This document shows, one piece after another, positions 1-10,674 of a stretch of DNA of 40,350 nucleotides. The stretch is taken from contig JABVCE010000018.1 of NCBI GenBank assembly GCA_014905635.1, forward strand, positions 744,001-784,350, written 5' to 3'. Within the stretch, counting starts at the first letter, position 1, and the number at the start of each line of letters is the position of its first letter. This stretch comes from Scenedesmus sp. PABB004. Lineage: Eukaryota. The notes under the pieces are model-generated. The model did no database searches, was not told where the DNA came from, and was given only the letters and a program-made list of their open reading frames with translations. Both the position numbers and the translations under genes were made by a program.

Positions 1-64
1 TGGGCGCGGGGCCCGCCCGCAGTGCTGCCTGGCTGACTGTTTGGTCCTCGCCGCGCGCGCGCAG

Positions 65-2936
65 ATCCTGCCTGACATCAACGTGAACGCCTTCAAGAAC
101 GCTTTCGACTCGTGGAAACACGCCCAGGAGGACGTGCGGCGCGGCGTGCAGGGCGTCGACGATGCCCAGTGCCCGGCGTGCGCCCCCCGCTACGGCGAGA
201 GCGCAGAGGTCCACGCGCACGGGGATGGCAACATCAAGCTCTCCACCTACCAGCGCAAGCGCGAGCCCGACCGACCCTTCCACTACGTCGGCGGCATGTT
301 CATGCCTGACGCCCGCGTGCAGCTCACGCTGCGGGTGGTGCAGGACCTCGTCGGCCGCCGCGTCCGCATGGTGCGGCCGCGCCCGGGGCTCGGCGGCGCG
401 CCGGCGCTGCGCCGCCTCGCGCCCACGTTGCCCGTCTGCGTGGCCGCCGCGCAGCCGAAAGGCAACACATGCGGCGGAGAGTGGGAGGCCGCGTCAAACA
501 AGTCGAGGTCGCGCGCTGTCCTGGACATCACTGGTCGCTTCTTTGGTGAGAGGGCGGTGGGCGCGCGCGCGGGGGGGAGGGGGTGGGAGGGGGGGGCACG
601 CATGCAGGCCGCACCTGCGGCCCGGTGCGCACACGCTCGCCCCCGCCTCGTGCCCGCCTGCGTGCTTCACCCTGCAGCGGTCTGCCGCCACTGCATCCCC
701 GTCGCCGCCGCCAACATGATCAACACCGGCGAGCGCTTCGAGTACCTCCTGCACCTTGCGGCTTCCTCCCTGCTCCCTCGCGGCCTCGTGCAGCTGCACG
801 GGGATGTGATGTGCAAATGGAGGAAGTGGGCGCCCGAGGTGCTTACGAAGCTGACCACGCGCCTGCAGCTGGACGGGGACGTGACGCCAGCGGACGCCGA
901 CGCGCTGGCCGAGTGCGAGCGGGTCGCGACATGCGGCGCCAAGGCCGCAGCCGCGGCGGCGGAGGCCCCTCGCGGCACGCTCGTAGCGCACGCAGCAGCT
1001 CTGGTCGCGGTCCTGGCAGCCCTCAAGGGCGTGCGCATGGTGATGTCGCAGATGCACGGCGCCACGCACTCTGACTCTTGCCAGGTGCTCAACATGCCCG
1101 GCATGCACCCCGGCTGCGCCATGACCGTGGGCGAGGAGGCGGAGCAGTTCTTCGCCTACCTGTCACTGTGGCGCTTCATCACGCGCAACCAGAGCGCCGC
1201 AGGTGCGCTGCCGGGCGGGCCCGCGCGCCTGAGCGCCGCGGCGGCAGCTCGCGCGCGCGCGCGTGCGCACACCGCTGACCGCGCCGGCGGCCGCCGCTCG
1301 CGCAGGCTCCACCAACACCTTGCACGAGGCGTCCGTCCACTGGAGCCGTGTCAAGATCTGGGGCCAGGCCGAGCAGCTGAGCGGCCGCCTGACGAAGGCT
1401 GAGGCTGCCCGGGTGGTGGCCGCCGCTGAGCTGGCGCGGCTGCTGGACACGCTGGACGAGCGCGAGGTTTTGGACGCGTTCGCGGCGCAGGGGGTCGAGC
1501 CGGCGAGTCGGCCAAAGCAACAGTTCATCCAGCTGCTTCGCGAGGCGCTGCACGCCAAGGCGAAAGGTGTGTTTGCGTGCGCGGCACCCTCGCACGCTCG
1601 CTGGCTGGCGCGCGCCGCCTCCTCCTCAACCCTGCCGCCGCCGCCCCGCAGCCGAGGACAACAACAAGACCCTGAAGGAGCAGCTGGCGCTCATCGAGAC
1701 GTTTGCCGAGGCTGTGCGCCAGCGCGACGCTGCCATAATTGCGAGCCAGGGCGATGCCCCGTCGTCGCCGCTCCTGGCGCACGCCCAGAGCGTGCTCGCC
1801 GGCGCGGTGGAGGCCCCCCGCACGCCCCCCCAGCTCGTCGACAAAGACGAACACGAGCAGCGGTATGACGCCGCCGTGGACTACATTGACAACAACCTCA
1901 AGCCCACCGTGAGGGCCTTTGTGGTCGCCACGCAGCTGCAGCTGGAGGGCCACGCCCAGCAGCTGCAGAAGCTGTCCGCCAAGATCGAGGCTGCAGGTGC
2001 GCGGGCGCGGGCGCGGGCGGCGGTGGTGGGGCCGTTTGGTTGCTGCGACGGCCTCAAATGCCGCCGCCCGTCCTCGCCACGTGCCCGCAGAGCCCCGGAA
2101 GCAGCAGAAGTACTACGACGCGTCCGCTAAAGAGATGAAGAAGCTTAACGCGCTGGTGGAGCGCTACAACGCGCTGGTTGACTGCGACAGGCAGTGCGGC
2201 ACCTACCTGGGCATGCTCGAGGCAGAGCCGTTCAAGGACCACTTGAGCGCCGCGGACGTGTCGGCGGGCCGCTTCCCATGGGCCACCGACCGCAACGGTG
2301 AGCATGCCGCGCGGCAGCGCGGGGCGCGCGTGGGCGACAAGAAGCACGGGTCGCGCGTGCGCGCCGCCGTGCTGCGGCTTCAGGCGCGCCGCCACCGCCG
2401 CCGCCGCAGTGCAGGAGGGCAGCCTGCTGCACGTCTTCGGCGTCGCTCGCGCCTTGAAGGTGGTGCAGGCTGACAACAAGGTCGAGCGCCTGCAGGAGGA
2501 GGTCTCGCTGCTGCTGCGCGAGATGGCCCGGCACCTCCAGTACTGGCAGCGCGAGGTCGCGCGGCTGGACAGGCTAGCGCAGGCGCTGCAGATGGGCGGC
2601 GCGGCGGCGCTCAAGGCCGCGGGCTACAAGCTGCTGCCAGGCGTGGGGCGCTTCCAGCCGAGCGAGGAGCAGCTGGCCATCGACGCGCGAGCCGCGAGCG
2701 GGGCGCTGAGCATGGTGGGCGTGGCGCGGGAGGAGGCGTTCCGGCACTTGAGGCGAGCGCAGCAGCAGTTTGAGAAGGTGGTGCTGCCAAACGTCGGCGG
2801 CGGGGGGGCGCTGGGCGGCGAGCGCGACGAGGGCGAGGGCGACGTGGACAAGGCGTGCATGACAGATGCTGACATGAGTGACAGCAGCAGCGAGGACGGC
2901 GGCGAGAGCGAGAGCGAGAGCGACGACTTTGAGTGA
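65..2936 (+). mobile_element. KDZ (Kyakuja-Dileera-Zisupton) superfamily transposase, multi-exon, 5' part outside window
   Basis: Spliced translation gives the KDZ motifs in order: CPAC...HGDGNIKL, LDITGRFF|AVCRHC...NMINTGERFEY (joined across the GT-AG intron 548-677), LHGDVMCKW, MHGATHSDSCQ...HPGCAMTVGEEAEQFFAYLS, then a helical region and acidic tail ending at TGA 2936. Confidence 0.85.
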
Positions 2937-2969
2937 CTAGTGCGTGTGTGCGTGCCGCTGTGTGACGCG

Positions 2970-2974
2970 TGTAA
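2970..2974 (+). promoter_or_regulatory. TGTAA polyadenylation signal of the transposase gene
   Basis: TGTAA 33 nt after the stop codon; UGUAA is the established chlorophyte poly(A) signal. Confidence 0.6.
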
Positions 2975-3087
2975 AATGGCTGCTGGCCTGGCCTGGCCCC
3001 CTGGCCCCTCCCCGCCACCCGCAGCCGCGCCGCGAGGTTCATTGGGCCGCAGCCCGTTGGTACTCGCCGGCCCGCCGCCCGGCCAGG

Positions 3088-3780
3088 CGCTACCGTCTGT
3101 GCGCGGCACCCCGCCCCGGCCCACGCACGCCGCCGCCCCGCCCCGCCCCGGCAGCACCCGAGGCAGCTCTGGCCAGGGGGTGTGGGGGGGGGGGGGCTCA
3201 CCCACGGGGTGGAGCAGCTCTTGGTGAGCTGGGAGGCCGGGGCAAGGGCAGCCGAGGGTGCTGTGCATCGATCGGGCGCGCTACCGTGTGTGTGCGGCAC
3301 CCCGCCCCGGCCACGCGCCGCCGCCGACGCCCCGCCCCGCCCGGGCAGCACCCGAGGCAGCTCTGGCCAGGTGTGGGGGGCTCACCCACGGGGTGGATCA
3401 GCTCTTGGTGAGCTGGGAGGCCGGGGCAAGGGCAGCCGAGGGTGCTGTGCTTCGATCGGGCGCGCTACCGTGTGTGTGCGGCACCCCGCCCCGGCCACGC
3501 GCCGCCGCCGCCGCCCCGCCCCGCCCGGGCAGCACCCGAGGCAGCTCTGACCAGGGGGTGTGGGGGCTCACCCACGGGGTGGAGCAGCTCTTGGTGAGCT
3601 GGGAGGCCGGGGCAAGGGCAGCCGAGGGTGCTGTGCTTCGATCGGGCGCGCTACCGTCTATGGTGTAATCATCTTTCTCTTTGTCTTTACCGTGTGTGTG
3701 CGGCACCCCGCCCCGGCCCACGCACGCCGCCGCCCCGCCCCGCCCTGGCAGCACCCGAGGCAGCTCTGGCCAGGGGGTGT
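3088..3780. repeat. Tandem repeat, ~185-bp unit, 3 full copies plus 1 partial
   Basis: Unit cgctaccgt..gcggcaccccgccccggcc..gcagcacccgaggcagctct..ctcacccacggggtggagcagctcttggtgagctgggaggccggggcaagggcagccgagggtgctgtgc..cgatcgggcg starts near 3088, 3279 and 3463; a partial copy follows an AT-rich spacer at ~3658-3688. Confidence 0.95.
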
Positions 3781-3939
3781 GACGCCAGCGCCAGGGGGCG
3801 CCACCGCAAGAACACCAGCCGCACGCAGGCGCGCAGCCAGCGCGCTGAGTGGGAGGCGCGCGGAAGGCGTCGCCGCGGCGACTGGTGGCGCGCCTTGCTC
3901 AGCCCGCGTTTTGAAGTCGCGGCCGCCGCGTCCGTAACA

Positions 3940-6900
3940 CTATGACACGGCGCCGGCCGCAGCAGGGCGTGCCTTCGCCCGCGCAGCTCCAGGTGGCACT
4001 GCCAGGACTGCCGCGCACGCGAGCCCGCCGCTGCCCGCCGCTGCCCGCCGCTGCGCCGCTGCCGCCGCGGCCCGCAGCCCCGCGCGCCGCGCGGCGCCCG
4101 CGGCCCGCCAAGCGGTCGCGCGCAGCTCCCTCGTGGCGCGATGCGCCCCGGGCTGTACGCAAAATAGGAGTGGTTTACCTGCCCCCCCTGCGCCCCCTCG
4201 CCCTCTGCTCCTCGGCCCGCTGCTGCGGGACGCCAGTCGCTTGGAACGCGAGGAACGCCGCTCCAGCCCCAGCCGGGAAGGGCGGCGGCTGCGGCATGTT
4301 GGCGCCCGGAGGCTCAACGCGGCGCTGGCGTTTGGCTTCGGCGCACTTGGCGGTAAGCCCCGGCGTCCATGTCTGCAATGCGTGGGGCAGAGCCAGGCGT
4401 CAGACAGACATACAGCATGCGCGGCAGGCGCCCCGCTGCTGCCCCACCTCACTCACCAGGTCGGCCTGGTCGGCCTCAGAGGGCTCCTGGGAGTTGGGCC
4501 AGGTGCCCTGGCTCTCTGCCTCCTGCGCGGCAGATGGGACGCGCTGTGAGGGCACACACTCCAGCCGCCACACAGCCGCGAGCGCCCATGGACAAATGCT
4601 CACCTCGCCCTGCCCAGCGACGGGCGGGCCCAACTCCAGGCCGTCAGACGCCAAGCCGTACTGACCCCAGGACACAGGCGCCTTGTGCTCTCCGCTGCCC
4701 CCGAGCGAGGAGGTGTGCGCCACCTGCGACAGGCAGCAGACGTGGGAGCACGTGAGGCGGGCGCGCGCAGGCAACTCGCCAGTCGGCACGCGCGCATGCG
4801 CTTGCCCACCTCAAGCTCGGCCTCTGGCGCGGCCGCAGCGCCCGAAGGCGCCTCGGCCCGCAACTCGGCCCGCAGGAGCTCGAGCGTGTCCTCGCCCCAG
4901 GACATCGCCCTGTGCAGCATGTCCGCGGCGTCAATGTGGCGGGGGTCCTTGCCCTGGCAGAAGAGCCACATGAACCAGGCGGCAAACATGCCACAAGCCC
5001 AGTTGTTGCCGGCAGGCTGCACGCCAGCGGCGTGGTAGTCGATGGTCGAGGAGGCGTCCAAGCCCAGCAGTGCGCGGGCGCGCAGCCAATCTAGCACCAA
5101 GCGTGCCTTGTCGTGTGCGGCGCTCTCGTAACACGTGCTGGCCGAGAGGCTGTCCAGCACCAGCGCCTCGCAGCGCACGGCCTGGTCGCCGGCCCCACAC
5201 CTGTCGCCGGGGCAAAAGAGGCGCGCGCGCATCGCCATGAAGTGCTCCGCCCCATCGACCGAGTCGTCAAACACGAACATCACCACGTCCACGTGCGCCG
5301 TGTAGAGCTTGAGCTGCGACGAGATCTGTGGGGCGGCGGCCGTGGGCGCGTTTTGGAGGCTGCGAGGCCCGCTGCGGCAGGAGCAAGGGCGGCGCACGCG
5401 GGCGCGGATGGCTCACCGTGCGCACCACGACGTCCAGGTAGGTGGTGCTGACGACCACACCGGCGATGCCGCCCTTGCTCAGGCACTCGGTCTCGGCGTG
5501 CGACAGGAGGACACACGCGCTGCGCGCATCTCTCTCATACACGCCGCGGTCCACCTCGACCACCTGCGGCAGCTCCTGCAGGCCGCGGCGCACGGACCGA
5601 AACACCATGATGCCGCTCCACTTTTCCTCCTGCCCAAGCACGCTGAGCTGGCCGAGCAGCGCGTCGTCCCGCTCCTCGATGAAGCGCTGCACCGGGCGGT
5701 GAGTCCTTGGCACATCAGGCCCGGGCGGAGCGTGCATCATCATGTAGCCGTCCACGTCCATGCTGCCCGTGCCAGCGGCCGTGGCGGGGGGCCGGTCTGG
5801 CGCCGCGGCCTCGGCCCGCGGCGCGCTCTCCTGCGGCGCGCGGCGGAGGGCTCGGTCTGAGCTCAGCGGCGGTGCCAGCGCCGCGCGCCGCGCGCCGCAT
5901 CGACCCGGCCCGGCGAGCGGGCGCTGCCCCGCGCACCTCGCCGCGCTGCCCGTCGTCCGCCTCGCCGCTGCCGCCCTCGCCGCCGCCGCCCGCGCTGGCC
6001 TCCAGGAACTGCAGGTGCACCTGTGCGGCGCGCTGTGACAAGGCGACCTGTGCCTTGACGATCTCAGCGTATCCGGGGAGCTGCTTGAGGTGGCTGTACG
6101 CCCCCGGGCCAATGCCCACGAACGACACCACATACACGCGTCTGGTTTTTGACTCGTAGCCAAACTGGGGAATGGCGAGGTCGGACACCAGCGCGACGGA
6201 CTCGCCAGTCGTGGTAAACAGGGGCGTGTGTTCATCCCAAGTGTCGGCCTTCTTGGAAAGCACGACAATGCGGGTGTGGATGGACACGTCAAAGAGCGCC
6301 AGCTGTGGGGCAGGGCAGGGCGGTTGTCGGTTGGCGGGCGCCGCGCAGCGCCGCGCGCCCAGCCGGGTGTGCCGCCCACCCGGTCGCTGGCGCGCGCCCG
6401 CCCTGCCCGCTCGCCGGCACGCGCCCGCGCGCATGTGTGCTGCCTCACTGTGGTGTCAAATCGTGCCATTGCGTCCTTGCAAATGTCTGAATTGCACAAG
6501 TCCGAGTCAAACATCTGCAAGGACGCAATGGCACGATTCTACACCACGGTGAGGCAGCGCACATGCGCGCGGGCGCGTGCCGGCGGGCGCCGGCGCGCGC
6601 CCGCCCGCCCTGCCGCCGGCGCGCGCCCGGCCCGCCCTGCCGCCCGCCGGCACGCGCCCGCGCCGGCGCGCGCCCGCCCGCCCTGCCGCCGGCGCGCGCC
6701 CGCCCGCCCTGCCGCCGGCGCGCGCCCGGCCCGCCCTGCCGCCCGCCGGCACGCGCCCGCGCCGGCGCGCGCCCGCCCGCCCTGCCGCCCGCCGGCACGC
6801 GCCCGCGCCGGCGCGCGCCCGCCCGCCCTGCCGCCGGCGCGCGCCCGGCCCGCCCTGCCGCCCGCCGGCACGCGCCCGCGCCGGCGCGCGCCCGCCCGCC

Positions 6901-7909
6901 CTGCCGCCGGCGCGCGCCCGGCCCGCCCTGCCGCCCGCCGGCACGCGCCCGCGCGCATGTGCGCTGCCTCACCGTGGTGTCGAATCGTGCCATTGCGTCC
7001 TTGCAGATGTTTGACTCGGACTTGCGGTTGCCCCATCTGGGCAGCTGCGCGTCTTCGACGCCATCCAAGCCCGCCAGCAGGAGCTGAATGCCCATGTCCT
7101 CCGCGAGCTGCTCCGCATGCTGTCGCCGCTGTTCCTTGCGCTTCTCCTTGACCATGTCGTGCTTGCAGTCCGGGCACTTTGTTGCCCTGAGGTGCATGCG
7201 CGGCGGCGCCGTGGGCGCCGCGGGCATGCTGGGGCGCGGCGCGACGCCCGCCCGCCTGCGCGCGCGCGCGCGCACCCGTTGGCGATGACGGTGCCGCACT
7301 TGGGGCACGGCTTCACAGGGGGGGGGCCGAGCAGTCGGAGCGATCTGCCTCGCCGTTCCAAATGGTCATGCCTGCCTTGATGATGCTCCAGATGTTTATG
7401 TCCAGGAGGGGCAGCAGGCTCGCCGTGACAGCAGCTTCGTTCAAGCACTGCGCTTTGTCTCCTGCTGGCCCTGCCTTGGCTGCGCAGCGCGCCGCCGTCG
7501 CCGCGGCAATCGCTGCGGCAAAGACCTGCGCGGCGCGAGAGCAGCAGCTGCTGTCAGCAGGCCGGCGGCAGCGCGTGCGCGCCGCAGCCGGCCGCAGCGC
7601 GCGGCACAACAGCAGCGGCGCGCGCACCTGAATGTGCTCCGGGCACGCAGGCCTAGAGAACGTCGCCAGCTGTTCGTCGCCCAGGCCCAGCCCGTGTAGG
7701 GCCAGCAGGCATGCGTTCAGCACGCACAGCACGGTCACGCCAGCCAGCAGCTGCTCCGGCAGGTCCAAGCGCAGGGCGCGCGCCGCCTTCTTCCACTGCG
7801 CAAGGGACAGGCCGATCTGCCGCCGGTGCTTGCTTGCGCGCTGGCGGCTGCTGTTGGCCTCGCCAGCCGTGCGTGGCGAGCTTGGTGGCTCCTCCTTTGG
7901 AGCCTCCAT
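3940..7909 (-). CDS. Multi-exon protein with a C2C2 zinc ribbon and a divergent Ulp1/C48-like cysteine protease domain (probable KDZ cargo gene); ends approximate
   Basis: Exon ~4810-5326 reads HFMAM...ALVLDSL...QPAGNNWACGMFAAWFM (His-Asp-Gln-Cys order of C48 peptidases). Upstream exons carry KPCPKCG and TKCPDCKH. GT-AG introns are visible (e.g. 6972-6303). One frameshift sits in the G9 run at 7318-7326. Confidence 0.6.
6412..7024. repeat. Inverted triplication of an exon/intron junction plus GC-rich minisatellite
   Basis: 6497-6590 is the reverse complement of 6933-7024 (1 mismatch seen); 6412-6486 is a diverged direct copy of the 6933-7010 segment; 6590-6933 consists of short GC-rich units such as gcccgccggcacgcgcccgcgccggcgcgc. 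Confidence 0.92.
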
Positions 7910-7969
7910 CTCAGGCGCCCGAGCTGCTGCCGCAACTGCTGCCGCCGCTGCTGCCGCTGCTGTGCGGCT

Positions 7970-8210
7970 CAGAGGCGCAGGGGGCGCGGGCTGCCGCTCT
8001 CCGGGCGGCGGGGACGACTTTGCGTCGGGAGGGCCCGCCGCTGACGCTGTGCAGCGCGGGCGGCGCGCGGGAGGGCCGGGGCGCTGATTCCAGCTGATCC
8101 GGGCTGCTGCTGCGGCCGCCCAGAGGCGCAGGGGGCGCGGGCTGCCGCTCTCCGGGCGGCGGGGACGACTTTGCGTCGGGAGGGCCCGCCGCTGACGCTG
8201 TGCAGCGCGG
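7970..8210. repeat. Direct repeat, 2 x ~90 bp
   Basis: cagaggcgcagggggcgcgggctgccgctctccgggcggcggggacgactttgcgtcgggagggcccgccgctgacgctgtgcagcgcggg at 7970-8060 and 8121-8210. Confidence 0.95.
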
Positions 8211-8456
8211 GGGGCGCGCGGGGCGCCGATTCGGGGCCGCGGCCGGCGCTGCAGGCGCGCCGGCAGGCCACGAAACGCGGCGGAGATTGCCGAGATTCAG
8301 GGAAACACGGCGGCGCGCGCCGTGATTCGCGAACGTGAAACTCGGCCAAAATCGCCGAGTTTCCTGAGAGGCACATGTGGGTGCGCGTGCGGCCCGCCGC
8401 AAACGCCGTGCGCCGCGAAGCCGCCGCCGACAGGCGCAGCGCCGCGTGGCGCTACC

Positions 8457-10205
8457 TCAGTGGTGCTCGGCGGCGTGCACGTGCTGCTGCTGGCGCGGCG
8501 GCGCGTCGTCGCCGCCGTGCCGCCGCCGCTGGCCGGCCTCGCCGCCGCCGTGCCGGATGGCGCGGTACCTGGGGCGGCGCCCGCCGCCGTCCCCGCCGGC
8601 GCTGCCGCCGTTGGCGGCGTGCAGCGCGTCCTTCAGCGCCGCGCTCAGCAGCGGGCCGCCGCCCGTGCCTGCGACGCTGGCCTGCACGGCGCCGCTGTGG
8701 TGCTGCTGTGGTGCCGCGACGCCGTCCCCCGGCTGCGCGCCGCCGTCGCCGGCGGCGGCCGCCTGGCCGCGCCGCGGGCGCCGCGGGAGCGGCGCGCTGC
8801 TCGAGAAGAGCGCCGCGCCAGGGTCCGCGCCGCCGCCGCTGCTGTGCCGGCCGGCCCGGCCCCTGCCTGCCGGGACCGCCCGGGGCGCGCTGCCGTCGGG
8901 CGGGTGGTCCGGCAGCGCCGACAGCGCCGCCATGACCACCGCGGCCGCCGCCTGCGGGTCGTGGCCGTGGGCCGCCGCGCCACCGGTGCTCCGGCTGCGG
9001 CCGCGGGCCCCGCCGTCGCCGCCGCCGGCGGCACCGCCGCCCAGCTGCTGCTGGTGCGGCTGGCGCCGGGCCTGCGCGGGGCGCGGCACGCGCGCGCCTT
9101 GCTGCTGCTGCCGGTGCGGCGGCCAGGCTGCGGGCCGCGCGGGCGCGGAGCCGACGTGCAGCTCGTCCACGGCCGCCGCGAGCCCCGCCGCGCTGCCGTC
9201 GGCGGCCTGCTCCTCCAGCTGCCGCCGCGCCGCCGCCGCGCGCTCGCGCTGCCGCGCCGTGTAGTCGCCGAGGCAGACGGGCCAGCTGCCGCCGTCGCCG
9301 AGGCTCGCCACGAGGCGCCTGAACAGCTCGAGCGCGTCCCGCACGCGCTGCACCTTGGCCGGGTCGCTGCTGCTGCCGTTATTGGTCGCGTTGACGAGGC
9401 AGCTGCTCAGGCTGAGCGCGGCCGTCGCGCCGCCGAGCGCGGCGTCCGCGGCCGCGTGCGACTCGCGCGCGTCCTCGTCCGGCACCGCCGCGGCGAGCGC
9501 GCCCGCCAGCGGCGCCGGCAGGCGCGGCAGGCGCAGCACGGCGCTCGGCCCAAAGAGCCACGCGTACGCGGCGAGCACGTCGGACGCGGCGTCGCCGCCG
9601 GACGCGGCGTCGAGCGCGGCGCGCATGCGCGCCTCGCTGCTGCTGGTCACCCACGCTATGTAGCCGGCAGTCGTGGCGTTGGCCAGGCTGTTGTGCGTGC
9701 CCACCGAGCGCGCGGTGTTGTCGACTGCGGCGCCGCGGCGGCCGCGGCGGCGGCGCGCGTCGGGCGTGGGTCGCGCTCCGGGGCGCGCGCGTCTGGACCC
9801 CAGCCGCCGGCGCGCCGCCGAGCAAGGCGCCGCCGAGTAAAGCGCCGCGGCGCGCGGCGGCGCGCACCCGCATTGAAAGGGTCCTCAATCGAAAAGATGT
9901 AGCGCTTGGCGCCCCACGGCGCGGAGACCCAGCGGCCCCACCACGCGCTCGCGCGCGTGCCCTCCTGCCCCGCCGCCCAGGCGGCCATCTGCGCGCCGCA
10001 AAAGGTGAAGAACCCCAGCAGCAGCTCCGCGTGGGTCTTGGGGTTCTCGCCCCCCGCGCCCAGCCGCGCGCGCTTGCCGAGGTAGGCCCCCGCGCCGATG
10101 GTCGCGAGGTCGAGCAGGCGCTTTAGCGCCGCGCACGTGACGCCGGGGCGCTGCAGCACGCGCGGCGCGCGCATGCTCGGCGCCTGCCGCTCGAGCAGCT
10201 CGTCT
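8457..10205 (-). pseudogene. 3' half of a HESO1/MUT68-like terminal nucleotidyltransferase (PAP-associated domain plus low-complexity tail), 5'-truncated
   Basis: ENPKTHAELLLGFFTFCG...WGAKRYIFSIEDPFNA|VDNTARSV after splicing intron 9867-9725 matches the PAP-associated N..S..ELL..FF and EDPF...N.ARSV motifs. Upstream the frame runs directly into the duplicated DUF11 cassette at ~10200; no catalytic GS/DxD exons are in the window. Confidence 0.75.
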
Positions 10206-10514
10206 GGCACCATGTGGTCGTGCGACGCGGGGGGGAGGGGTCGGATCCGCAGCCCAACAGCTGCACGGTGCGGGCATGGCGCCGCTTTGGCTCGAACAGC
10301 CGGGCCCCGGCTATGCACACCCTTTGCATCCAGCCATACCGGCGCGGCAGCCACGCCGCGCCGCGCCGCCGGCAGCAGCGTGCGTGCAGCAAGGCATCGC
10401 CCGTGCCTGACGCCACAGGATCTGAACCATTCGGGAGACCATAACATCTTCTCGCTTGCCTACGGCGACGGCGTGCTGTGGGCTGGCCTTGAAAGCGGCA
10501 CGATGTGGAAGTGC
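10200..10514 (+). repeat. Upstream duplicate of an internal exon-intron-exon segment (~11545-11854) of the DUF11 gene
   Basis: tcgtctggcaccatgtggtcg...gatgtggaagtgc is identical to ~11545-11854 except 1 SNP (ccgcag/ccacag) and a 5-bp indel; it then switches to aactctagcgg at 10515. Confidence 0.95.
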
Positions 10515-10674
10515 AACTCTAGCGGAACGCAGCGGAACGCAGAGCCGCTAAAAAAAGAGGGAGGCGACCACTCGCCCACTTGGGCGACCGTGCGGATGCG
10601 CCCGCCACTCGGCGCCCACAGTTGCCACGCGCGCGGCGCCCAGTTGCCACGGCGACAACGCCCAGCAGGCAGCC

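Noticed and set aside
3088..3780. CRISPR-like array or hammerhead ribozyme array
   Set aside because: Units are ~185-bp full repeats without unique spacers, no cas genes, eukaryotic context; no CUGANGA/GAAA core found.
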